Source of the DNA: Strigamia acuminata | Taxonomy: Eukaryota | Reading direction: 5' to 3' | Assembly (NCBI GenBank): GCA_949358305.1 | Contig: OX442314.1 | Coordinates: 5,146,001 to 5,210,000 of the forward strand | Length of the DNA: 64,000 nucleotides | In this document: positions 27,891 to 41,710 of the stretch, piece after piece | How positions within the stretch are numbered: the first letter of the stretch is position 1 | How the letters are laid out: each line of letters opens with the position of its first letter | Made by a program: the position numbers and the translations under genes | The notes under the pieces: generated by a model | Seen by the model: only the letters and a program-made list of their open reading frames with translations | Told to the model about the DNA's origin: nothing | The model's database searches: none

Positions 27891-28514
27891 TTTTCCAACG
27901 GAATAAAAATTGCGTTTTTAATTCGCAGTTAATGCCGAATGCGGCTGATGTTGCACATTCAAAGTGGCGATGCGTAACGAGGTTAGTTTTAGAACACATT
28001 ACGAAGTGCGCGCGGGGGAAGTGTTGGATGGTTGGATGGGGGTACGTGGCTGGATATTCGTATGCCCTCGGGCAATTCCGAGCGCCAACAGTTTTAGTGC
28101 TGCGTTGGCAAAATTGAAATTCCCCCAAGAACGGCGCTCCAACCTCTTTTTCCGACTTCGCACCCCCTCCCGAGCGATGATGATATCCACTGCATCAAAC
28201 ATGGCCGCCGCGGCCTAATTATTGACAAGTTGTGATTCCAATAACATGCATGTCGCAGCGGTGGCCGGCGCAGGACCAGGTGTTTTTGCTTCTTAATTTG
28301 TCCAGTGGTGGCGCTGTGTGCGACTGCGTGTGGTGGGGGATTATGAGATGACGGGCGCTGAAGTCGATTAAATGACGGTGTAATAAGATTTCGTTTTAGT
28401 TGGCGTTGGGAAGAGCGTTATCGGGTTTTATTGATGTTTTGGTCGCGGGAAGTGAAAGTGGTGAATTTTTTGATCGGTTAAAATTTTGTCGTTTTTAATG
28501 ATTTTTTTCATTTT

Positions 28515-28975
28515 TAGAAAAATCGATTTTTTTTTTGTCGATTTTTTTTAGTTTTTTAATTTTGTGTCTTAGAATGTTTTCGGATTTTTATTTGGAAATG
28601 TCAATTTAAAAAAAAAAAAAAAAAAAAAAACGAAAATCGATTTTGAAAATATCGATTTAGAAAATATCGTTTTTGATTTATCGATTTTTTTGATTTTGTA
28701 AATAAACATGAATGATTATTTTCAAATCGATTAAAAATTGATACTTAGCCAAAAATATCGATATTTATAATTGATTGAAAATCGATTTTAATACAGTGTT
28801 TAAAAAAATCGATTTTATTGCAGATTGGAAAAAAAATCGATTTTATTCCAGATTGAAAAAAAAATCGATTTTATTACAGATTAAAAAAAAAAATTTTTAA
28901 TTTTTTCAAAAAATCGATTTAAAAATCAAAATTTAAAAATTGATTAACAAATCGATTTAAAAAAAATCGATATTT
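28515..28975. repeat. Degenerate AAAATCGATTTT palindrome-rich low-complexity array
   Basis: Many ATCGAT cores flanked by A/T runs; a similar array lies at 39315-39681. Confidence 0.75.
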
Positions 28976-29508
28976 CTTATCAAACATAATTAACACCACA
29001 GACAATAGAAACGACAATTCCGAACAAACAAAACGAAATTTACGAGAAACTTGCTTGTTTAAAAACGCAGCGTTTACACTGCAAGAGAAGCGTGTTGAGT
29101 GCTCGGAAACTTGTCTTTGGTGCACCAATTTTGTTCTTTCTGACAAGCGTTTTTTAACGTCTCTGCCTGGCAAACTTTATCCCCTTTCCTTCCCTCTTGG
29201 AGCAAACGAGTCCACCAAGTCTGATCTCGTGACCCTTCGAACCGAGAGGTTGAGCATGCTAACCGTTTTGGTCGGCGCTAGCACACTCACAACGCATTGG
29301 ACCCGGGTCAATAAATTTGATTTTCGAATTCAAGAGACATCACTAAGACCTGCAATGCTGTTTTACGGATTAGGACTAACTTGGTTAACAAATAAATAAA
29401 TAAGCTGTCTTTCACTGTGGCAAAATGAAGATTCTTGCTCTATGCTGCCAGCTCATGCTCACATCAAGTCGAATAAATCCAAAAACCAACAACATTGGAA
29501 ACAATGCT

Positions 29509-29836
29509 AAATACAGTAGTCTAGAGGTGCCAATAGCATATTTAGACTATGAAACAAAGATAAATATGAAAATACAGTAGTCTAGAGGTGCCAATAGCAT
29601 ATTTAGAGTATAAAACAAAGCTAAATATGAAAATACAGTAGTCTAGAGGTGCCAATAGCATATTTAGAGTATGAAACAAAGCAAAATATGAAAATACAGT
29701 AGTCTAGAGGTACCAATAGCATATTTAGACTAAGAAACAAAGCTAAATATGAAAATACAGTAGTCTAGAGGGACAAATGTCAATTTAAAACAGAAACAAT
29801 ACTTTATTGGAGAATACAGTAGTCTAGAGGTACCAA
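29509..29836. repeat. 60-bp tandem repeat (AAATACAGTAGTCTAGAGGTGCCAATAGCATATTTAGA...), ~5.5 copies
   Basis: Units near 29509, 29571, 29632, 29692, 29753 and 29812; an isolated partial copy at ~30170. Confidence 0.9.
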
Positions 29837-30789
29837 TGTCATATTACATCAAAATAAAATGCAGAAACAATACAAAAGGTAACAATGGCAGATTAAAATA
29901 TAGAAATAATCATAATTGTTACAATATGGAAGTCTATAGGAACCGATACCACTCTAAAAACAATGCTGAATGCAACAATGTATGGCAGGATAGATGTACT
30001 GTTATTTTATCTATCACATTAAAATACTGAAACAATGTAAATCCTTATTTCAATTTGTCCTTGTCACGTCAAATACGGTAGTTTATAAGTGCCCATTAAA
30101 TTAAATGTCGAGAGACACAAATACTAATTTTGCAATTTACGGATTAGATTTGTGTGTATTTGGGAAGACGGTAGTCTAGAGGTGACAACATCAAATTATT
30201 AAAATATTAAGAGTTTCTTTGATGTGGCCGACATTTTTGTCGCGGTTTTTCTTTTTCCACATTCCTGTCACGTTGACTTGTTGCTGTGGGCAATATATAA
30301 AAAAAAGGAGTGTTGCCACGGCGGCGTTCGCTGGAGGTTGCATTGCCTTTTGAGTCAGGTGTGTGGGAAGGCGGACGGCTTCTGACTGTCTAATTGCTTG
30401 TCGTCTTCACTCTTCATCTTCGGTAGTCCTCTGCCACATTAAAGGTGCTCCTTCGGGTTTTTTCCCTCCTGGTGATTTATTGCCACTTCGCCCTCTAACG
30501 GCATTATCAGATTGAGATTGACCCTTCTTTCCATTATCCCTGCGACAGATGCAGTTTATTTCTCAAAAATTAGACTTAAAAACAAAATTGATTTCCTACG
30601 AAGGGAAAGAAAAACTATAAAAATAATAATATTGATAGAGGGGGTCTTATGGGGCCGTTGGAATTATATGACGGAAACTTGGAAGAAACCATAACAACGG
30701 CTTTGCTATGTTTTTTTAAAAAATTTATATCTCTATAAATTGACATGTTGTGATTAAAATGATCTCATCCTTTGCTATAAAAAATAATT

Positions 30790-31063
30790 TTTTTCAACAA
30801 ATGGGTTTTTTTTAAACAATATTATCCAAATGTTTTTTTCAACAATATTATCCAGATGTATTTTTTCAACAATATTAACAAAATGCTTGGTTTTTTTAAC
30901 AATATCATCAAAATGTTTGGTTTTTTAAACAATATTAACAAAATGGTTGGTTTTTTTAACAATATCATTAAAATGTTTAGTTTTTTAAACAATATTATCA
31001 AAATGTTGGGTTTTTTTAAACAATATTATCAAAATGTTGGGTTTTTTTAAACAATTTTATCAA
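30790..31063. repeat. 30-bp minisatellite (AACAATATTATCAAAATGTTGGTTTTTTT)
   Basis: Tandem units visible. Confidence 0.85.
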
Positions 31064-32651
31064 TATTTTATTTTTGCTCTTTTCTAAATTCACTATTTTT
31101 ATTTTTTCAATTAAATTTGATCAAAATTTCATATTTTTATCCACATATTGAATTTTTCTTCGTACTTTTCTTCATACCGAATGAACTGCGTGGAAGAATT
31201 TTTTAAATGTCAGTTAGGATAGCTCATGGGCTCATTAGATGACTGTTGAATATGATTAAAAGAGGTAAATGATGGCACACAACATTACCATGAATCATTA
31301 TCAAAAAAAAATATTAAAATTTTTTTTTTTTAAATTATTTTTATATATGAATATACACAAACATATCATATATACAAAAATAAAAAGCAATTTGTTTTCT
31401 ATTCTAAGTAATTGAGCCGTAAACATCAATTTTTATTGCCTTTTCAAACCTATTTGTTTTGATGAAAAAAGAAACTCAGCCGTACAAATAAAATAAAATT
31501 TAAAATGGCCATCCTCATCCCATCTATTAATTAATTTATTTCCACAATAATTGCAATGACAAGCACCATGAAAAATTGTTTGTGGAAAGCAAATTGATTG
31601 GCATGGAATTAAACAGAAGAGATTCAATGGCTCGGTTTGACTTTTAAATTAGGCTTAGTGAGGATGCATCGAACCGAGTTTCGGTTTCCATTTGAACCGC
31701 ACGCATGCGTCATTCGCTCCTCATGTTTATTGTATGAGAAGCAAAAGTTACCGCAGCGATTTCGCTTGCAAACCGCAGAAGGATGGTTCTCGGACTAGCG
31801 GCCATGATGGATTATAACCACAACACGCTTAGCAGCCATTTTGGATCGCGCAATCAAACCTCATTTAAAATACAGGAAATGCTATTATTTAAAAAAAAAT
31901 CCTAATTCTAATTCACCATTGTTGAAGGTAATACATCACCACCATTAAATGTAACAATTTGTTCAACGGCGTTTTGAGTTTCAGTTTTCATTGTTTCTAT
32001 TACACAATGCAAATGGCCTAACAGAGAGAGTGATTAGATCTGTTGTTTGTTAACAATTTTAAGCCTCTTCGTTGCAATCTTTGTTCATTTTGAATTTGCT
32101 TTGATGATACTCGATAGAAGTGGTTGAGAACACACGTTGAAATATTCACCAGCGCACCCCGACAAGCACGAACAAGACATGAATAATGGCCGACCAAGCG
32201 ACACCTAACGACCGAATAAAAAATGAAGGAGGGGAGGGGGCAAAAAAGAAAGGAATATGTAACAAAATGGCCGTCCTTTTTTATTTCCTTCAAGAGGATG
32301 TCATCAAGCATTCATATGGGACTAAGCAGAGCAGATGCATTTCTTGAGATAGCTATCTCGCTTAAGCGAAAGTGAATCAATAGGTGCATTTAATGCTGTA
32401 GGTTTAAAAAAGCTTCAAAAGTTTTCTATTTCATTCCCACAACGGCAGCAGGGACAAAATGTCTCACAACTAGTGTAGGTCTTAGCACTGCTGACAGTAG
32501 GCCGGTAAGACCTTGTTTAATTAGTCGTTAGCTACGGAAGATAGGATGTCTGTGACTTGTAATTAGTGTTGGCTGCAGAAGTTAGAATGTTCCAATTAGT
32601 GTTAGTGTTAGCGCTAGGGGCAGCATTTAGGGTATTCCCTACGTACTTACA

Positions 32652-33032
32652 AGGAGACCGCAGGAGTTTGTAATCCACAATTGTTAAATTTTTTTTAAAA
32701 ATTAAAGTCTTCGCAGGATCTAAACAATGTTTTTTTTTTATATTTGATGCACCTTTCTTTCACATTGTTTCAAACAGTTACAACAGACAGATTTCTTTAC
32801 TGTGTGCTGTAACACTACTTTTTTATCTTTTGAGTAAAAAGGCCGATTTTATCATTTCACTTGGTGAATAGGCTGCTGGACATGTGACACGTGACATCAT
32901 GAATAATGAATTATGAATTATAAGTTGTTGTGATGTCACATTTGACACGAAAAAAATATTGTGTAGGTCATGTGAATACTTTAGTTTAAAAAAATTTTAA
33001 CAATTGTGGATTACACACTCCTGCGGTTTCCT
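32652..33032. mobile_element. MITE with ~45-bp TIRs
   Basis: AGGAGACCGCAGGAGTTTGTAATCCACAATTGTTAAATTTTTTTT is mirrored by AAAAAAATTTTAACAATTGTGGATTACACACTCCTGCGGTTTCCT. Confidence 0.8.
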
Positions 33033-33276
33033 AGTTAGCCGATGGTCATATCTGGTGGATTTGGATCCTGAGCCAGTCTTAATGGAGTGTGAGTGGTGCA
33101 ATTGCACCAGGAGGTTTTAATTTCTGACAGTGAGGCAATGGCTTATCTAGGATTTGTGGAACCCTTTTGGAGGTCCTACTTGCAATTTTTGAGGGATTTA
33201 GGGGCTACCATCACACATGGGGCCCTTTTTATACAAGAAGTGTGAGAACCAAACCATTGTGCAAGACCTAAGGATT

Positions 33277-33597
33277 TATAAACCCTTCTGCAAGAACTGA
33301 GAACCTATAAACCCTTCTGCAAGAACTGAGAACCTATAATCCCTTCTGCGAGAACTGAGAACCTAACTTTTAAACCCTTCTGCATCTGCAAGCACTGAGA
33401 ACCTATAAACCCTTCTGCAAGAACTGAGAACATATAAACCCTTCTGCAATAACTGAGAACCTATAAACCCTTCTGCAAGAACTGAGAACCTATAAACCCT
33501 TCTGCAAGAACTGAGAACCTATAAACCCTTCTGCAAGAACTGAGAATTTAAACACCTTTTCCTATGAGTATCTATAAACCCTTCTGCAAGAACTGAG
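33277..33597. repeat. 29-bp minisatellite (TATAAACCCTTCTGCAAGAACTGAGAACC)
   Basis: About 10 tandem units. Confidence 0.9.
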
Positions 33598-34652
33598 CAA
33601 ATAAGTACTTCTCTAAAATCTGCTTTTCTGTGAGAGCTTAAAAACCTTTCTCCTGTGAGAATTTTCAAAAGGATTTGTAAGTTCTGGAGACTGATGTTGT
33701 AAAACAGATTTCTTTTTAAACCTGATACATGTGGATTAGGCCACTCTGGAATAAATAAGATTTTACTCTCAATGGTAAAGGTTTCTATTTTTAACTTTGC
33801 TTGAGTCCAGGGCACTTTGATGAAAAACTTGTAGTCAATACCAATAGCAACAATGTTGGATTCTGGGAAGAAGTGTCATGCCTATAACTTTATTTTGTAC
33901 AGAAAACAAAAAAAAAGATTCAACAAGAGTCTGCTAAAAGGAACTGTCACCTAAAATATAGAAGATTGTGGGGATAAGAAATCTCTGCCAATTCTCCAGG
34001 TCCAGCAGTCTTTAACCTCTTCATGAGGACCGACAGATGGATTAAAGTTCAACATAGAATAGAGACCAGAGAGAAACTCTTAATAGCCTACACAGCAACA
34101 ATGCTTTTTTATAGTATTTGAGGATAAAAAAATCAGAGAGAACTAATAGGCCTAAATCAAAAAAGATTTCTTATAAAAAGAAATGAAAATAATTGAACTT
34201 TAAGTTAGACATGTTAGTCTTCTTTGATCCAAATTAGGCTCTAGGTGCTGCGAACAAGCGAACAAAGAAGAACCGGCTTGTTTAAGAGACAAAACGGAGG
34301 AAGGAAAAGCCGAGTAAAGAAGAAGAAGAAGAAAAGGAGTTGTGAGCATGAAAAACCGTTGATTTAAATTGGAAGTATTCTATAGAGCTTTCATCCAGGT
34401 GCCTGAAGAAGTTGAAAGTGGGAGGCATAGAATGTGGGATTTTATATTCCTTGAAGACAGACATTTTATGAGCAGAGCTAACTTAAACGGCTGTTCTGGC
34501 CAATTAAATCTCTTGACTTATGGGTGCTAGCAATTAGTAATAGATAGTATTCAAGACATGCTGAGCAATTGAAATGAGAGATCTTCAGAAAGGAAGCGGA
34601 GAAGGTTTAACGGATTTTAACTCTGTGATTTTAACAACAAAACATGTCTTAA

Positions 34653-35429
34653 GGTGGAAACACGCGGGAGCGGGTAAAATTCCAAAGAGGGAGTCATTTA
34701 CAAGCTCACTTGACCCGCTTTTGGCTTACCAGCTTAACTGGAAAACTCAAGCTATACTCTGGCTCACTGTTAGTAGGTACCCAGTTGGTATTGGCCGAGC
34801 CTGTTTATTCCCAACTGTTGCCTGTATACCACCACCAGGAAATGTAGTTTAGTTGTGTTTTTAATTTGTGTGATTATTGTAATGGTTTAAATGATGTTAA
34901 TTAGCTTTTATTTAATAATAAAATGTTTTAAAAAACCATACAGCAATGTTTGATGCTGTTATTTTTTCTAAATACCTGTTTGTTCAGTTCGTTCAGTTTA
35001 TTGGTTGCTTTGTCAAGCTGTTTTTGTATTTTATGATTGATTGTTTTGTCTGGACACAAAATGGCTTCCCATAACTCGAGCGTTTGTATTTTGGCCTACT
35101 TTTATGTAGCCCTACACCAGTGAATAGGCTCGGCCAATACGAACTGGGTACCTTCTAACGGTGAGCCTGAGTATAGCTAGGTAGCTAGCCAGAAATTCCC
35201 GCTAAAATCTCCTCCAAGAATATCCTCACGATTCTGATTGGCTGTCAAAGTCACATGACCAAAACACCAGCAAACTTGAAGCTGGTAAATCAAACTCAGT
35301 TTGATCGGAGCGAGTGAGTACAAGCTCACTTCGAAACAAATCTTTGAATAAAAACGCAAGCTTGTGTTTGCTCAAGCGGGCGAGTTTTTAGTCGCTTTTA
35401 AATTTTACCTGCTTCTTTGTGTTTCCACC
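34653..35429. mobile_element. TTAA-flanked non-autonomous DNA transposon (Kolobok-like GG...CC ends) containing a nested MITE at ~34751-35177
   Basis: TTAA|GGTGGAAACACGCGGGAGCGGGTAAAATT ... AATTTTACCTGCTTCTTTGTGTTTCCACC|TTAA. The inner TIR GCTATACTCTGGCTCACTGTTAGTAGGTACCCAGTTGGTATTGGCCGAGCCT is mirrored at 35126-35177. Another copy of the outer right end lies at ~25855-25926. Confidence 0.75.
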
Positions 35430-38400
35430 TTAACTTCAATTTTGAACAAGCTTTTTGAATGCAGCAACTGAATTCCACTTGTTGTGTAATAATTAGTGTC
35501 AGTGCAGACAGAGATGTGTCAGTTTGATTTTGGCATCAAGATACCGGAAGAGCAAACGTATTAAATGCTGTAATGTCCCATTGCCGCTTACCTTCTGTGG
35601 TTGGTATAGGGTGTTACAGACCTTTAAGGGCACTTTCAGTACCAGCTTTAGGTAATTTTGTATTATGGAGGAGGAAAAAAATACTGTCCTCAGTAATTGT
35701 TTGCTTGTGAACTGGAGCGTGAAACTCCGTGCTGAGGGTATGAAATCACCTAAGCCAAATCACAATAAGAAAATTGTTGCAATATAAAATATGAAAGTCT
35801 TTGTTGCATATAAGTGTTTACAGATGATGAAATAAACATTGTTGTTTGATTTAAGCCGATCGACAAAAAATGATGCTTTAGGCGGCCGTCTTTTTGACTG
35901 TCCGACGGAGCTACCGTAATAGTATTTTGGTAAATCAATTGCAGATAAGCCTTCAGAGAACTTAATTCTCTCTTGAAAAGGAAATAAAATGGAGGCCCAT
36001 ATGATACATATCATGATTTCTTGGCCAATTGCAAGCTGATGATATTGTGGATAACCCCGAGGAGTTCGGCTTTTTATCTGAAAGTACTTTCCCTTTAATA
36101 AAGACATTATCACAACAAACAGCTAGTCTTGCGAAAATGCTTTATTCAATTTAACAGTTGATTGAGTTTGCTTGTAGCAAAATAAACAATCAAAATTCAT
36201 AAGATGTGTGATTGTGTAAAGGTGAGTTCACACAACAATACACACTAGGCTTAAGGTCTAAAACCGGTGAAGAAGAAAATGATGTCCGGAGTCCAAGAAG
36301 GTTTTCTGAGATTGGTCCACTTGGCTCGCGGGTGATATAATTACAATGGGAGCCCGGATGGGTCCCCGGACAAGAAAAAAAGTAAATTAAGAAAAATTTA
36401 GCAAGGGAAACAGGTGAATGACTCTCATAATGGTCAGGTGTTATTTTGTTGACGGTTCGGCGTAAACGCGACAACGAGGCCCACAGGATTTGTCGCGTCT
36501 CACCTGGACTCGGTTTCACGTGGCACTAATTAAAAATAAAGAACGAGGCTTAACTGTTAAATCCGAGGATTTTTATACATCACCAGGTGGCGTTTCTTAA
36601 TTGAAAACCCCATTGGCCCATCTCTGAGGGACCACTAAAACTAAAACTGGCTTTTTCGCTCAGGTTGATGGTCTTTGTTTTGTGTCCTAATTTCTTGGAC
36701 ATGAGAATGTGAACAATGTTATCACACATTTTAGTCTTTGTCCATCAAAGTAATGGAAACATCAGCAAGCGAAAGAAAAAGAAGAAAATAAAGCAACGCA
36801 GTGGCCATCCCGGCCCTTGTGGATTGCAAATGATATAACAATGTAATAAGAAATGCATCTTAATAATAATTGAAAAACTATTCGCATTTAGACATTATAA
36901 AAATAAGAAAAAAAAGTTTTTGAGGAATAAAAGTTTACTTCTTTAATTATTTTTCAGGAAAAAAAGAGTTAGTTATTTTTCCACTTCTGTAATTTTTTTG
37001 ACCCACCATGGCTATGGGAAGGTTAAATATGCTATTGTTGTTTGGTAAATTTTAAGTTGCCCCATAGATGCCGGCTTGCACGGCCTGAATCCCCAGACCA
37101 GCACTATACTTATGGGGCCATGACTTAAGGTCAGTTCACACATCAATCCATGCTAGACTTAACTTTGACTTAAGGTCGAAAAGCGTTGGATTGCGCGATT
37201 GAATTAACCTATAATCCCTTAATTCAACCTCAAGTTGAATTATGACTTTGACTTAACATAGTTACAAGCGGCTGGCCAATCACAGGTCACTGCAGTCTTG
37301 CAGTGATGTGCGAGATAATGCGTGAGTTTGCAAATCGAAGACCCCAAGAAGCAAACATTTCCAGGAAATGACGTTTCACTGGTGTTGTGATCCGAAAATA
37401 TAGACCCAAACACCAGAAATGTATTACAATGTGCTGTCCAGACAAAGCAAGCAATAAAATAAAAATAAATTCGTTTTAATTAAAAACAAAATAAAACTTT
37501 ATTTTAAGTTAGATAACATATTTTATTACATAATAACATTAAATGTACATCATTTCAATGATAATTATTCTGGAATAGACTAAAAATCATAAGGAACTAC
37601 TTTTCCCCGTAGCAGTAGTTCAACTGCAGTTCTGAGTAATTAGACTAGGCCAATGGGAGCCAAGCTTCCAGGGCTCCTTTTGAATGTGGAAAGAGTATAG
37701 TTCTGTTTATTTTCGATGAATTTTAGTGTAAAAAGAAGGATAGATTTTATTTAATTTGCAATAAAATATTTATTTTATTTGCTTAAATAAGCTTTTTTCT
37801 CTTTTAATCAATCAAACAATGGAAGCATAGTTTGTTGGTTTCTTTTGGCAGGTAAACAACGGTTTGGGTTTTTATTGGTTGTTTTGCCTAGTTAGATAAC
37901 AATTCTTGTGTTACGGTCTACTTTTTTGTGCCACTACACCAGTGATACGGCTTGAATTAGGACAACGTTGTATCGAGACAAAGTATACATATTTTGTCAA
38001 TGATATGTATGACTAGGGGCATGGGACATCATACTTTTTTCCTGGATGCTTTAATGTATCAGGAGGGCCCTCTGTCTATACAAAGTGACTTTTCTTTTCC
38101 ATTTTGAATGCAAATACTGTTATCCGGCACGGCAGTAAACTAAAGCTCCGCAACTTGAAAGCGGCAACACATCTGTCGCTATATCATAGTTTGCGATGTT
38201 TCAATATTTGAACAATGCCATTAAAAAAGTAAACCCGAGTTAGATGAGTTGCTTCCGGAGAGAAATATGTGCCATTTCCATCGAAGCGCAACAATCCTCG
38301 GTCCCCTTCGGGAGGGGTTTTGTGTAGTGGCAACACGCCTCATTGGGTTTCTCGTGGAGCGGAGTAAGGACCCGGCACAAGCTTCCGAGCCGAAGAGCAG

Positions 38401-39681
38401 AGGGAAGGGGAGTCTGGCAAACGCCGGTAATTGCAACGGTGCAGGTGAAACACTCTTGCCATTGGTGAGAATTTGTCCTTGCCCCCTAACACTTTTTCTG
38501 CGGCTTAAGTTAGTTGACCGTCAGCCATTTTGTAGGTAGTTACCGGCAGTGTGGTCAAGTGGTAGTTGGCTTGTTCATCTTCATTAAGCGCGAGCTCCAA
38601 TTGCCAACTCATTCTCTTCGTCCACGCGGCGTCCACTCGCGAGATGCGTCCAACCTCCCGAGGGCCATCAAGAGCTGCATGCTGGGGGTCAATTAAGAGA
38701 GAAGTCCAATTAAATAGACGGTGCTCGTTACTGCCGATTTACGGCTCCTCTATTTTTAAGTCATCGCTCTCTCTTTCGCTCTCGCTTGCACGCTCTCTCG
38801 CTCCCTTTTTGCTGCTTCGTCTGATGATGTGATTTTCTAAAGTGGGTCGTTGGGGTTGGGGTTATGGGAGGGTAGAGATGATTAATTTTTTAATCATTTA
38901 TTTGCTGGATTACTCTTAAAGGGGGGTTGTGTTGTGGATTTGTCCTGTCTGTTGTTTTGTGATAAGCGATTTTCGCCCGGTTTAAGCCGATTCGCTGACC
39001 TTTCTCTTGGTTTCGATGGTCCAATATTTGGAATTGATAATCCGCTTAGAACTTTGGCAAACTGAAGGTCGATTGAGGCTTAAATAGTTAGACAAAGAAA
39101 GCTATATGGAATGGATGGGGATTTTTTTTTGTTGGGTTCAGGAAGGGAAAAGTTGTGGCTGTTGGGGAAAGAAGAAATAAATTGTTTGTTAACTTACAGC
39201 GGGAAGTTGTCTGGTATGCTAACGGAGAATAAGTGCGGTGTAGCAAAGCGGTGATGCTGGGTTGATTAATAAATAAGTGCGGAAAGTGCGTTAGAATTGA
39301 TTGAAGTGGTTTTTTTTATATCGATTAAAATATCGACTACGTAGTCGATTTTTTTCAACAATTAATGTTGATTGAAAGGTTTGTTTTTTCAATAGAAAAA
39401 TCGATTTTGCTATCGATTTTTTGTTTTTTGAAATCGACTATCATATTGACTACAAAGTTGACTTTTTTCAACAATTCATGTTGGTTGAAAAGTTTATTTT
39501 TTTAATAAAAAAATCGATTTTGGAATCGATTTTTTTATGTTTAAAAATCGACTAAAGTATCGATTTTTTTTAATTTAAAAAAAATTGATTAAGTGTAAAT
39601 GTCAATTGAAAAGTTGTTTTGTCAAAAGAATCGATTGAAGTATCGATTTTTTAAGTTAAAACATTGATTAAAATATCGATT

Positions 39682-40354
39682 TGTCACGATTAATTCTGTT
39701 GGTATAATTAATTCTAAACAATATCGCGCAAAAACTAATTCGCGCAATAGTAATGGGCAAAGTTCGTAGATTTCCCTAAACGTTGTTTCCTTCAAATGTG
39801 GACATCCAGAAACTCAGGAAACCTAATACTCGCGTTTGACTAACATAATTTATATTGGACAGTTCCTTGCTTACGACGGGTGTTTGTAGGCATAAAAGAA
39901 TGGAAGCACGATGATATAAACCTAAAGTGGGAAGGGGATATCATCGGGCAGTGATAATATAAAAGATGTCGGCTTGGAAAATAGCGCAATAGGGTTAGAT
40001 GTAGGAGCGCTTATTGAAGGCGCAAATAATAGAGGACTAAATCTAAATGTTACTAAAGGAGAATGGTGTTATCCAGTAGAGAGCATAAGAAGAAGTGATT
40101 AAACTTAGGATGATTGGAAAGAAGAAGACTCAGTCATGTGACTGGTCAGATCAATTAGAGAAGGGGGTGGAAAGGTGAAAATAAGAGTTCAATTGTAGAA
40201 ATAATGATATGCGCATCATCCAGATTGCGCATTCATTAACTGAAGATGAGTAAGCGAGATGAATCATCACGAGTGAGAGAAACAAGAAAATATTATAAGA
40301 AATAAGATTGGGTTATTCTAAAATAAAAATAGGCGGGTAGACGTGCCCGTGACA
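39682..40354 (-). repeat. 3' LTR (673 bp)
   Basis: No difference from 53355-54027 seen by eye; 7-bp terminal inverted repeat. Confidence 0.98.
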
Positions 40355-40367
40355 TCCCCCTCCCCTT
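40355..40367 (-). promoter_or_regulatory. Polypurine tract (AAGGGGAGGGGGA)
   Basis: Purine run immediately upstream of the 3' LTR on the element's sense strand. Confidence 0.95.
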
Positions 40368-41710
40368 AAACCTTTATTATAGTTGTTGAAATAAAGGCAA
40401 AGAGAGAGAGACTCACTCAAAACAATACAACAATAAATACAATCTTGGTTAAATATGTGAAACAAATGTCTAGACTAACATACTCTTGATTAAATAAGAT
40501 CTTGACTAAATATGATGATTATGAGAATTTAGGGGTCGTCACCAGATAATAATAATAACAAAAATTAACTCATCAGGAAGCTTGAGAATAAATCTACCGA
40601 CCGACTTGTAAATGAAAATTATAAATCAAAAAATAAACAAACTTTTTAAATAAATCGTATAAAACTCATCGAATAAAGATTAAACAATTTTGAAGGACGA
40701 AGACAAGACTAACTAAACACGCGACACTCACGGGAGGACATGGACTAAATTTTTTAGGATAGGACGGACTTGAGGCTATACACTTTCAATTTAAGTCATC
40801 ACAATAAAAATATTTTACCCATTTGCTTTGTAAAACGAAGCAATAAATTTCTACGCGGATAAATTTTAAACACGAAAAATAATACAAATAAAGAATGTCA
40901 CAAGAGAGTTTATCTTACGAACAGGGGGTTTTATTCGGATTGGATACCTTTTTTTTAGGAAAATGGCGCAAATGAATGCGCAAAACAAAACAAGGTAAGG
41001 GATACCATACATGTATGTAGACTTAACATCAGGTAGGTATATAAGGAATGATAGGAGAAATAAACATAAAATATGAAAATTTGCGCAATGTTGGCGCGAT
41101 AAACAAAAAATATAACTATGACACTATTTGGAATCATTAAAGGGAAATAATAAAAATGGGGATGAAGGTATCCTCATGCACAACCGGACCGGTTGCCACG
41201 GGAAAATTATCACAGTTAGAAATATTAGGTATTATGAGAATTGAATAAATACTAATTTTGAAAAAATCACACTAATATATCACCATTAAGAGTATCACAA
41301 ATAATTATCATTATCATGACCTATTCCAGTAATTCAAATAATACAAACTAAAATTAAACTTAATCATCTCAATTTTGAGGAATTCTAAAAATCAGAATAA
41401 TTTCTGGAATAAGTCAGGATTTAAATTCAAAAATATCACAATATAATTAAATTATAATAATGGAAACAATAATAATGGAGAAAACACTATAGCAAATAAA
41501 AGTCTCGTAATTGTTCGGCTAACTGTTCATGCTAAAGTATTTAAAAATAAACATAATAAAATTAACACTTCACTTTTGGAGCACTTATCCAGCGGTGATG
41601 AAGATCAGATAAATTTGCGCAATAAATGTTTCCAGCAGTCCGTGGAATACTACACTTGTTGAAAAACACTTAACACAAAATGATGATGATGAGAAACACA
41701 AATACAACGG

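Noticed and set aside
40955..41137. Short hydrophobic sense ORF in the element's 3' UTR
   Set aside because: Only 60 aa; its hydrophobicity follows from the U-rich strand composition, and there is no independent support.
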